Source of the DNA: Candidatus Nomurabacteria bacterium
Lineage (GTDB): Bacteria > Patescibacteriota > Minisyncoccia > Phycocordibacterales > UBA918
DNA length: 64,000 nt
NCBI GenBank assembly: GCA_020632095.1
Contig: JACKGF010000001.1
Location: 802,141 to 866,140 of the forward strand
Direction of reading: 5' to 3'
Of the stretch, positions 56,987 to 64,000 are shown in pieces; the stretch's first letter is position 1; every line of letters starts with the position of its first letter. A program made the position numbers and the translations under genes. The notes below the pieces were generated by a model. The model was not told the origin of the DNA, ran no database searches, and was given only the letters and a program-made list of their open reading frames with translations.

Positions 56987-57772
56987 TTAAGAAGGTTCTT
57001 GATTAGCCTTGGCTTCAGCAGCAGCCTCTTTGAGTGCAGTGACAGATGCGCGGAGTTCAGTGTGGGCAGTTTTGATGTGGTTTCTAATGCTGGTGAAACT
57101 GGCTTTGGCTGTTTCCCAGCCGGCTCTAGCGTCTTCGCTACTGACAGCAGTGTTAACTGTTGTGTCTATGGTAGCAATCTCGGCTTTAGCGGAGTTGATA
57201 GAAGCTTTGGCTGAATTTAATGACGCAGTTGCTTTGGATGTATCCACTCCAATTTCTTCTAGTCGCTGCATGCGGGTTTCGATTCGAGCGATAATATTAT
57301 CAATCCGAGCGATAACGGCATCCATCCGGTTGCTCATATTGGCAGCCAAGTTGGTGATACGTTCTTGAGTGCGAGCTTGCAGAGCAACTTTTCTTTCAGT
57401 AATTCGGTCTTGCATTTCTACTCGATTTTCTTGAAATTGGGCTTGAGCTTCGGTCTGGTTCTCGATGCGATCGGCTTGACCTGCGGCCCGCTTTGCTTCC
57501 ATCTCTTCACGTTTTTCTTGGAATTGCTCCTGCATGTCAGTCTTATTTTGTTCAAGGGCGGCTCGTCTTGCTTCTTTGTCTTGACTATTAGCGCTTGTAC
57601 TAGTTTCTGAGGAAACAGAAACATCCTCCTCTCCAGTAGCTGAAGCAGAGACTGATGTCTCGGTCTCGATACTCGCTGAGTTTGTTTCTTCTTGAGCAAA
57701 AGCTATACTCGCTCCAGTTAAAAGAGAGATAATAAGCAATGTCGATATAGTTGGTTGTGATAATGATTTCAT
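56987..57772 (-). CDS. secreted coiled-coil protein
   Basis: It has a signal peptide (LLIISLLTGASIAFAQ) and long heptad and Ala/Glu/Arg-rich repeats. Confidence 0.45.
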   Translation of the reverse strand: MKSLSQPTISTLLIISLLTGASIAFAQEETNSASIETETSVSASATGEEDVSVSSETSTSANSQDKEARRAALEQNKTDMQEQFQEKREEMEAKRAAGQADRIENQTEAQAQFQENRVEMQDRITERKVALQARTQERITNLAANMSNRMDAVIARIDNIIARIETRMQRLEEIGVDTSKATASLNSAKASINSAKAEIATIDTTVNTAVSSEDARAGWETAKASFTSIRNHIKTAHTELRASVTALKEAAAEAKANQEPS

Positions 57773-57870
57773 AATTTTATTCAGTACATTTAGTTAAAAT
57801 TGGCTGATGGTAAAAGTATAGCGCCGCTTCGGAACATCCGAAGCGGCGCTATACACAGGGTGAGTAATGG

Positions 57871-58395
57871 TTAAGATTTCTTTGGCTCCTTGTACATCTC
57901 ACAACTCTTGATAAAGGCTTCTTTGGCGGCTGTGGCACCACCCCAAGCCCCAACTGAAACCTCTTTATTCTGCACTTTTTTGTAGGTTTCAAAGAAGTGA
58001 GTAGTTTCTTTAATAAAGTGTTTGTTGAGGTCTGCAACATCTTTAAGGTCATCAAAGCGGGGGTCATCGACCGGTACAGCGATAACTTTGTCGTCTCGGT
58101 CACCACCATCAATCATTTCCATAATAGCGACCGGGCGAGCTTTGACCAAGATACCAGGTGCTAGTGGGTAGGTGGTGAGTAAAACAACGTCAAGAGCGTC
58201 ACCGTCGTCAAATAGAGTTTGCGGTACAAAACCATAGTCAAAGGGGTAGTCTTGCGCAGTATGCATGACACGATCAAGGGCGATCAAGCCAGTTTCCTTA
58301 TCAATCTCGTATTTGTTTTTTGAAAATTTAGGGATTTCGACAATAACATTCATTTCATCAGCGGTTCCGGCTGGTACGTCGTGTAGTAGGTTCAT
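57871..58395 (-). CDS. ppa: inorganic pyrophosphatase
   Basis: EIPKFSKNKYEIDKETG...DGDALDVVLL. Confidence 0.9.
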   Translation of the reverse strand: MNLLHDVPAGTADEMNVIVEIPKFSKNKYEIDKETGLIALDRVMHTAQDYPFDYGFVPQTLFDDGDALDVVLLTTYPLAPGILVKARPVAIMEMIDGGDRDDKVIAVPVDDPRFDDLKDVADLNKHFIKETTHFFETYKKVQNKEVSVGAWGGATAAKEAFIKSCEMYKEPKKS

Positions 58396-58447
58396 ATTAT
58401 TTATGGGTTATATATTACGGTAAATATCCAGTATCCTAACTTGTTGG

Positions 58448-58502
58448 AGGAGAAATGTAAAAAGGTCGGCGCCGAAAGGCGCCGACCTTTTACATTTCTC
58501 CT
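58448..58502. terminator. extended bidirectional terminator hairpin
   Basis: ggagaaatgtaaaaaggtcggcgcc-gaaa-ggcgccgaccttttacatttctcc. Confidence 0.65.
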
Positions 58503-58509
58503 CAAATCA

Positions 58510-59958
58510 CTATTTAGTATCTTCTTTTTCTTTAGTTTCTTCCTCAGTTATTTCTTCAGCTGATTCTTCAAGTTGTTCTTCTGCTTCTTCTGGAGTGTCT
58601 ACCTCATCCTCTTCTTCCATGTCTGTAGATACATCACGATCTTTTGTTTCGTCAGATTCTTCCAAAATATCTTCGATATCTGGATTGGTAGTAGTAGCCT
58701 CCTCACTTTCTAGTATCTCATCATCAGCTCCAACTTCAGTATCGGCGGGAGCTTCGAGAGAGATATTTCCTTCTGCATCAGCTTCGGCTAGTTCTTCACC
58801 AGTATTGGCAGAGATAATATCAATCTTCCAGCCGGTAAGTTTAGCAGCCAGCCGGACGTTTTGTCCGCCTCGACCAATAGCGAGAGATTGTTGGTCGTTT
58901 GCTACTTCGGCTATTGCATGACCGCGTTCGCCGGTTTCTGCATTTGGTTCTGACTGGATAGTTACACTCATTACTTGAGCTGGAGAAAGTGAATCCTCAA
59001 GGAATTCAACTATGTCTGGAGACCATTCAATAATGTCGATTTTTTCACCGCCCAGTTCACTCATAACGGTCGATACACGGACTCCTCTTTGTCCGACCAG
59101 TGAACCAACAGGGTCGATGTGTTCGTCAACAGCGTGCACAGCAATCTTAGTTCGAGCGCCAGCTTCACGAGCCACCGCTTTTACCTCAACTGCGCCACTT
59201 TGTAGCTCCGGTGCTTCGATGGTGAATAGATTTACCAAGAAGTCTGGGTGTGAGCGCGACAACTTAAGAAAGATCCCGCGAGGGGTTTCCTCTACTGCCA
59301 ATAAGAGTGCGCGGATTCTTTCACCCGGTTTGAAGCGTTCGCCAGGAATTTGTTCTTCGTAGGGCATGATGGCTGTTACGCGACCAAGGTCGACGTAGAG
59401 ATTACCACGTTCAAAGCGTTGGGCTTGACCGATTACAATGTCGCCTGCCTTTTGTCCAAATTCGGCCAAAGCGGCTTCTTTTTCGGCTTCGCGAATTTTC
59501 TGCATAATCACTTGCTTGGCGGTTTGGGCGGCAATGCGGCCAAAGTCGTCTTTTGGTTCTAGTGGGAAAGTGAGTTCATCACCAACTTGCACGTCTTTCT
59601 TAATCATGCGAGCAGTGTTAATCATGATGTGCTTTTCTTCTTCAAAACGCACTTTCTTCACACCGTCTTCACTCTCTTCCTCTTCATCAGTTTCGTCAAT
59701 TATCTCTTCACCATTTTCGTCTAGCTCTGGTTCTGGCTTGAGCATAGACTCATCAACCACGATTTTTACTTGGTTGAAATTGGTAGTACCAGTTTCCATG
59801 TCGAATTCAGCCGTGATGATTTGACCACGCTTCCCGAATTCTTTTTTGTAGGCGGTGGCGAGTGATTGAGCGATGGCATCAATCATTTTTTCTCGGGGAA
59901 TCCCGCGTTCTTCTTCCATTTCGGTTAAGACCGAGTTAATTACTTTTAGATCAAACAT
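58510..59958 (-). CDS. nusA: transcription termination/antitermination factor NusA (acidic C-terminal tail)
   Basis: It has an N-terminal domain, an S1 domain and two KH domains, with the typical MFDLKVINSVLTEMEEERGIPREKMIDAIAQSLATAYKK. Confidence 0.9.
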   Translation of the reverse strand: MFDLKVINSVLTEMEEERGIPREKMIDAIAQSLATAYKKEFGKRGQIITAEFDMETGTTNFNQVKIVVDESMLKPEPELDENGEEIIDETDEEEESEDGVKKVRFEEEKHIMINTARMIKKDVQVGDELTFPLEPKDDFGRIAAQTAKQVIMQKIREAEKEAALAEFGQKAGDIVIGQAQRFERGNLYVDLGRVTAIMPYEEQIPGERFKPGERIRALLLAVEETPRGIFLKLSRSHPDFLVNLFTIEAPELQSGAVEVKAVAREAGARTKIAVHAVDEHIDPVGSLVGQRGVRVSTVMSELGGEKIDIIEWSPDIVEFLEDSLSPAQVMSVTIQSEPNAETGERGHAIAEVANDQQSLAIGRGGQNVRLAAKLTGWKIDIISANTGEELAEADAEGNISLEAPADTEVGADDEILESEEATTTNPDIEDILEESDETKDRDVSTDMEEEDEVDTPEEAEEQLEESAEEITEEETKEKEDTK

Positions 59959-60159
59959 ACCATTTTTGTTATTTTGCGAAGCAACTCATTGTATTGAGTT
60001 TTATCATTGGTGATGGATTGCTTCGTCTCTTCTAATATTTAATTGTCTACATTATTCACTTTACGAAGACTGCTCGGCCAAAAGGCCGAGCAGTCATCTT
60101 CAGATATATAAACTATACTCTCGCGTCGGGTAAATGTCAAAAAATAGGTAGGATTGGGT

Positions 60160-60194
60160 GGCTGGGCTGGGGCGCGCAGCGCCCCAGCCCAGCC
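60160..60194. repeat. GC-rich palindrome ggctgggctggggcgcgcagcgccccagcccagcc inside a high-GC fragment
   Basis: A related copy, ggctggggcgtgcagcgctccagcc, lies at 61762..61786 on the other side of IS30 copy 2. Confidence 0.6.
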
Positions 60195-60663
60195 AATACC
60201 TTACCTCTTGGATTTTAAAAACCAATCCAAAATTTAGAATGAAAATGGCCGCCTTCCCTGAAGGGTTGGCGGCCGGTTGCGTCCGTGCTGGCGGTTTGTT
60301 GACCGCTAGCTAGGGACTGGTTGAAAGGACATTCGCCTCCGAAGCCTGAGCGATGTAGTCGCGGGGCAAACTTCGGGGCGGGCGATCAGAAGTCCATCAG
60401 CTACCGCAGGTGCCGTCGATCGGCTGGCGGAAGGCGATGTTTCTGGTGCTACTTCGCGAGCCCAGGTCGAATCAGATGTTGATATCGACCGGCGTGGCCG
60501 CGTCAGCCGCTGGCGTGCTTGCCGGCGCCGGACAGGAAGGAAAGGTAATAACAATTGTTGTCTCCGGTGGTCACCGGCGGTGTTCGCTTGCTATTCATGC
60601 GTCGCTCCTTGTTTGTACTTCGTTTCAAAAACGTCGCTTAACGATGGTCAGCTTCCTCTCCAT

Positions 60664-61671
60664 TCCCCCCAGACACCTTTGAAGTAGGACAGCTATAAAG
60701 TAAATTAGCTGTCTATGAAAACATACAGACACATACAATTTGAGGAGCGTTTCGTAATTGAAAAGTTATTGAACGCAGGGAGTTTGATCAGAGAAATAGC
60801 CATCTTCCTCAAACGTAGTCCCAACACCATCAGTCAGGAACTAAAGAAGAATAGGGTTAATGGAGTCTATGACGCCAAGCAAGCCCAACTAAAAGTAAGT
60901 CAACGTCGTTGGCGGGCTAAACGTCAGTGTCTCAAGGTGGCAATGGATAGTTTCCTAGTGAGCTTCGTAGAAGACAAACTAGAGCAGAAGTGGACCCCTA
61001 AACAAATCAGTGGACATCTCAAACGAGAGCTCGGTGTTACCTGTTCCGCCAAAGCTATATACAAGTTCATAGAAAGTCGTGGTCTGGAATATCGACTATT
61101 CTGGCGTTGGAACAAAAAGAAAAGTGGTCCGAAACGGACCACACATAAACCAGCTGATGATGGCCGTAAATATATAGATATTCGTCCTCTTGGTAGCCAT
61201 GAGCTAGGTCACTATGAACTAGACTTCATTGTCTCTAAGTACAGTCCATACGTACTTCTAGTGGCTACTGACCGTTTAACTAAATACAGCTTGGTACGTC
61301 AGTTACCCAATAGAAAACGCCACACAATCAGTGCAGCGTTCTCTAAAATGTTTAGCAATATTATAGTCAAGAGTATCACCACCGACAACGACATTGCATT
61401 CCGTCACTGGACGGAACTAGAACAAATCATACAGGCTCCAATCTATTTCTGCCACCCTTATCATTCTTGGGAGAAGGGACTGGTAGAGAATACTAATCGT
61501 TGGATTAGATGCTTTGTTCCAAAGCGGAGAGACATTGCGTCTGTTACTCAAGAAGAATTGAATGAGATTCATGCCTTCTTGAATGACCGACCGAAAGAGT
61601 GTATTGATTTTAGGATTTCGAGTGAGTATTATTATGAGCAATCTGTCCTACTTGAGGGGTAGCTGGAGGTT
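60664..61671 (+). mobile_element. IS30-family insertion sequence, copy 2
   Basis: It is identical to copy 1 except for a few substitutions. Confidence 0.8.
60715..61662 (+). CDS. IS30-family DDE transposase (copy 2)
   Basis: It differs from the copy-1 protein at 2 residues (N/S and T/A). Confidence 0.85.
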   Translation: MKTYRHIQFEERFVIEKLLNAGSLIREIAIFLKRSPNTISQELKKNRVNGVYDAKQAQLKVSQRRWRAKRQCLKVAMDSFLVSFVEDKLEQKWTPKQISGHLKRELGVTCSAKAIYKFIESRGLEYRLFWRWNKKKSGPKRTTHKPADDGRKYIDIRPLGSHELGHYELDFIVSKYSPYVLLVATDRLTKYSLVRQLPNRKRHTISAAFSKMFSNIIVKSITTDNDIAFRHWTELEQIIQAPIYFCHPYHSWEKGLVENTNRWIRCFVPKRRDIASVTQEELNEIHAFLNDRPKECIDFRISSEYYYEQSVLLEG

Positions 61672-61925
61672 CGTCGGACGTGCGTATATCCTAGCATATC
61701 TAAAATATTTGTCAAGCATTTTTTGAGGGCTTGAAATAAGGGGTTTTGGGGGGAGGGTTGAGGCTGGGGCGTGCAGCGCTCCAGCCCTGCGGGGTTTTGA
61801 CAGTGTTTTTGGAGGTAAAAGTTGGTGGGGTGATTGGCTTGGTATAACAGATAGGGGGAGGAGCTTTGCTCCTCCCCCTATTACTGTCTACAAAAAACGT
61901 GCAGAAAAAATTAACACCCGCTACT

Positions 61926-63347
61926 TCAAAGTTTTTCAATCAACATCGTGTTGGTGGCGCCAGAGGTTCCAAAAGGGATGCCGGCGCCGAGGATGAAACT
62001 GTCGCCAGTTTGAGCTAGATTGCGATCAAGGATGATTTTACGAGCCAGCTTTCTGGCGGTGTTAAGGTCTTTTACTCTTTTAATTAAAACCGGTTCACAA
62101 CCAAACACCACTAGCATTTTGTTGAATGTTTCCTGCTGGGGGGTGAGAACTAAGATTGGTGTGCTTGGTCGGTGACGAGCAATCATGCGGCCAGTGTGAC
62201 CGCTTTCGCTCAAGGCGACTATTACTTTGGCATTGGTCGATTTAACACTGCGGGCAATTGAGAGGGTAACAGCGTCACAGACGGTTAAGTTGGAAGACTC
62301 CCAATTTTTCCTGTGGTCAGCAAAGTACTGATCATTTTCTACTTCAAAAGCCACTTGCGACAATATCTCCACTGCTCGTTCTGGATGTTCGCCAACGGCT
62401 GATTCGTCGGAGAGCATTACCGCGTCGGTACCATCGAGTATGGCGTTGGCGATGTCAGTCACTTCGGCACGGGTCGGGGTAGTTGCTACGCGCATGGAGT
62501 CGAGCATTTGGGTGGCGGTAATCACTGGTTTGCCAGCATGGTTACAAAGTTGAATAATTTTCTTTTGTAGCAACGGGACTTTTTCCAGAGGCATTTCAAT
62601 CGCGAGGTCGCCACGGGCCACCATGATCACATCGGAAGCAGCGATGATTTCTTCCAGATTTTCAATCGCTTGTTTGGTTTCGATTTTGGCCACAATCGCT
62701 ACATCCCTTTGCTTGCCAACCAGTTTGCGCAATAGATGAATATCGGCCGCGGTGCGGACAAAAGATAAAGTAACAAAATCAACGTTCTGAGCGAGACCAA
62801 ACTTCAAATCTTTACGGTCTTTAGGAGTGAGGGAAGAAATAGAAAGGTTGCCGTCTGGAATATTGACCCCGCGCCGTCCACGGATCGTACCACCGGCCAA
62901 AATGGTGGTATGAATTTCCGTGTCAGTTATTTTGTCCACCACCAATTTCTGCTTCCCGTCGTTCAGGTAAATATTCATACCGACTTCAACTTCTTGGGGA
63001 AGTTGACTGTAGTTTACAAACACTCGTTCCACCGTGCTGGCGCAGGTTTCTGTGGTGAGGGTGAGTTTACAGCCTTTAATTAAAGTGACTTCTTCGGTAG
63101 TAAAATTACCGATGCGAATTTTGGGGCCGGACAAATCTTGCAAGATAGCCAACGGTCGCTTGGTGCGCTTAGCGGCTGCGCGAGCGTTTTTGATAACTGC
63201 CGCATGGGTCTCATGGTCGCCATGACTCATATTGACTCGCGCCACCGTCAAGCCGTTTTCTAACATTTGTTCGATAGTAGAAACTGATGAAGATTTCGGT
63301 CCCAACGTAGCTACAATCTTAGTCTTAATTTTGAAAGTCTTGTTCAT
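61926..63347 (-). CDS. pyk: pyruvate kinase
   Basis: KIVATLGP...MSHGDHETH... Confidence 0.9.
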   Translation of the reverse strand: MNKTFKIKTKIVATLGPKSSSVSTIEQMLENGLTVARVNMSHGDHETHAAVIKNARAAAKRTKRPLAILQDLSGPKIRIGNFTTEEVTLIKGCKLTLTTETCASTVERVFVNYSQLPQEVEVGMNIYLNDGKQKLVVDKITDTEIHTTILAGGTIRGRRGVNIPDGNLSISSLTPKDRKDLKFGLAQNVDFVTLSFVRTAADIHLLRKLVGKQRDVAIVAKIETKQAIENLEEIIAASDVIMVARGDLAIEMPLEKVPLLQKKIIQLCNHAGKPVITATQMLDSMRVATTPTRAEVTDIANAILDGTDAVMLSDESAVGEHPERAVEILSQVAFEVENDQYFADHRKNWESSNLTVCDAVTLSIARSVKSTNAKVIVALSESGHTGRMIARHRPSTPILVLTPQQETFNKMLVVFGCEPVLIKRVKDLNTARKLARKIILDRNLAQTGDSFILGAGIPFGTSGATNTMLIEKL

Positions 63348-63524
63348 AAAATTTACAGTTAATTTAGTGGTTGCAGTATAGCATTTGCATAATTTTCAGT
63401 TAATTTTTGATTTATTAGGTATTGGGGGTGGACTAGTTTTTTCAACTAGTGAATAGCTGAGCAGATTTATTTTGCTCGGTGGTATACTTAACAATAATAA
63501 GTACCGGAGGTAATGGTCCTTTTT

Positions 63525-64000
63525 TGAAAATATTGTGCGTATTCAAGACGAACAACTCAAAAGATTTATTCTCGATGCTGGTTTGATTACCAAAGCCGAT
63601 ATTTCCGCGGCGGAAAAAATCGCTAAGGAAGAAAAGCGTACACTTAGTGAAGCGTTGATTGCTCACGGTCATATGACCGAGGATGACATGCGCCGGGTGG
63701 AGTCTTATGTACTAGGGATTCCTTTTGTGTCACTAAAGGATATGAAGATTGATTTTGAAGTCCTGACCTTAATTCCGGAACCAGTGGCCCGCAATCACAA
63801 TATTATTGCTTACAAAAAGAGCGAAGACACGCTGGAGGTGGCGATGCTCGACACAGCCGACTTACCGGCGATTGATTTTATTAAGAAAAAAGTAGGGCTC
63901 CGAATACAATCACGTTTGACCGACACAGATTCAATGCGCATAGCTTTGCGTCAGTACCAAAAGACTCTCAAGGATGAGTTTGGAGACTTGATAATGAAGG
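63525..64000 (+). CDS. pilB: partial CDS: type IV pilus / type II secretion ATPase (PilB/GspE) N-terminal domain; the start codon is ambiguous
   Basis: ENIVRIQDEQLKRFILDAGLITKADISAAEKIAKEEKRTLSEALIAHGHMTEDDMRRVESYVLGIPFVSL is the GspE N-terminal domain. The ORF runs off the window. Confidence 0.6.

Noticed and set aside
60306-60554. 82-aa Arg/Ser-rich ORF on the minus strand in the high-GC fragment
   Set aside because: It is typical of spurious ORFs opened by high GC content. There is no RBS and the composition is biased.
63512-63534. ATG at 63512 as the pilB start
   Set aside because: It is out of frame with the conserved GspE N-terminal domain unless the T6 run at 63519-63524 carries an indel. 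I left the start ambiguous instead of asserting a frameshift.
1-64000. CRISPR array
   Set aside because: All direct repeats I found occur in only two copies, with irregular or long spacing (88-bp, 49-bp and 30-bp repeats). There is no array of short regularly spaced repeats and no cas genes.

Overview
This 64-kb window is low-GC (about 40%) bacterial chromosomal DNA from what looks like a reduced-genome organism. The housekeeping genes are typical: pnp, rpsO, a XerC/D-like recombinase, cspA, xth, cca, hup, rny, clpP, tig, ppa, nusA, pyk and a partial pilB, together with many small membrane and hypothetical proteins. A Patescibacteria/CPR-like origin is my inference only. The backbone is interrupted by several accessory segments. 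(1) A roughly 5-kb island sits directly 3' of tRNA-Arg(TCG) and carries a 470-aa ORF at about 58-60% GC. (2) tRNA-Gly(GCC) and tRNA-Pro(TGG) are each followed by homologous structured elements of about 170-210 nt, which I call A and B. They have covarying hairpins, and B ends in an exact 24-bp copy of the tRNA-Pro 3' end. Between them lie a YraN-like nuclease gene, a DUF1653 gene and a nucleoside-deoxyribosyltransferase-like gene interrupted at a G9 homopolymer, plus a cluster of TTTCAC(R)TGAAA palindromes. (3) A 1.1-kb non-coding region between xth and cca contains an AT-rich stretch, DnaA-box-like motifs and two 88-bp direct repeats whose hairpin is kept by compensatory changes. (4) Three TrmB-family regulator paralogs sit next to, respectively, an uncharacterised three-gene operon (two unknowns plus an S1 protease), a radical-SAM gene of elevated GC, and an IS30-family element. 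(5) The ancestral tig-clpP neighbourhood is split by an insertion of about 4.8 kb (TrmB paralog, IS30, very high-GC DNA, a Cys-rich ORF). The insertion is marked by a diverged ~155-bp duplicate of the tig 3' end plus terminator. (6) Two near-identical IS30-family copies lie in direct orientation 10.4 kb apart, with high-GC fragments and GGCTGGGGCGCGCAGCGCCCCAGCC palindromes beside them. Other irregularities are a frameshifted beta-class DNA methyltransferase, a ClpA/C-like ATPase with an N-terminal membrane domain and a degenerate D1 Walker A, a tandem pair of M14-like peptidase paralogs of which one lacks the zinc ligands, a NUDIX gene fragment, several unusually long perfect hairpins, and many intrinsic terminators. 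I found no CRISPR array and no rRNA gene. Coordinates I derived myself from the sequence lines are approximate (a few bp either way).
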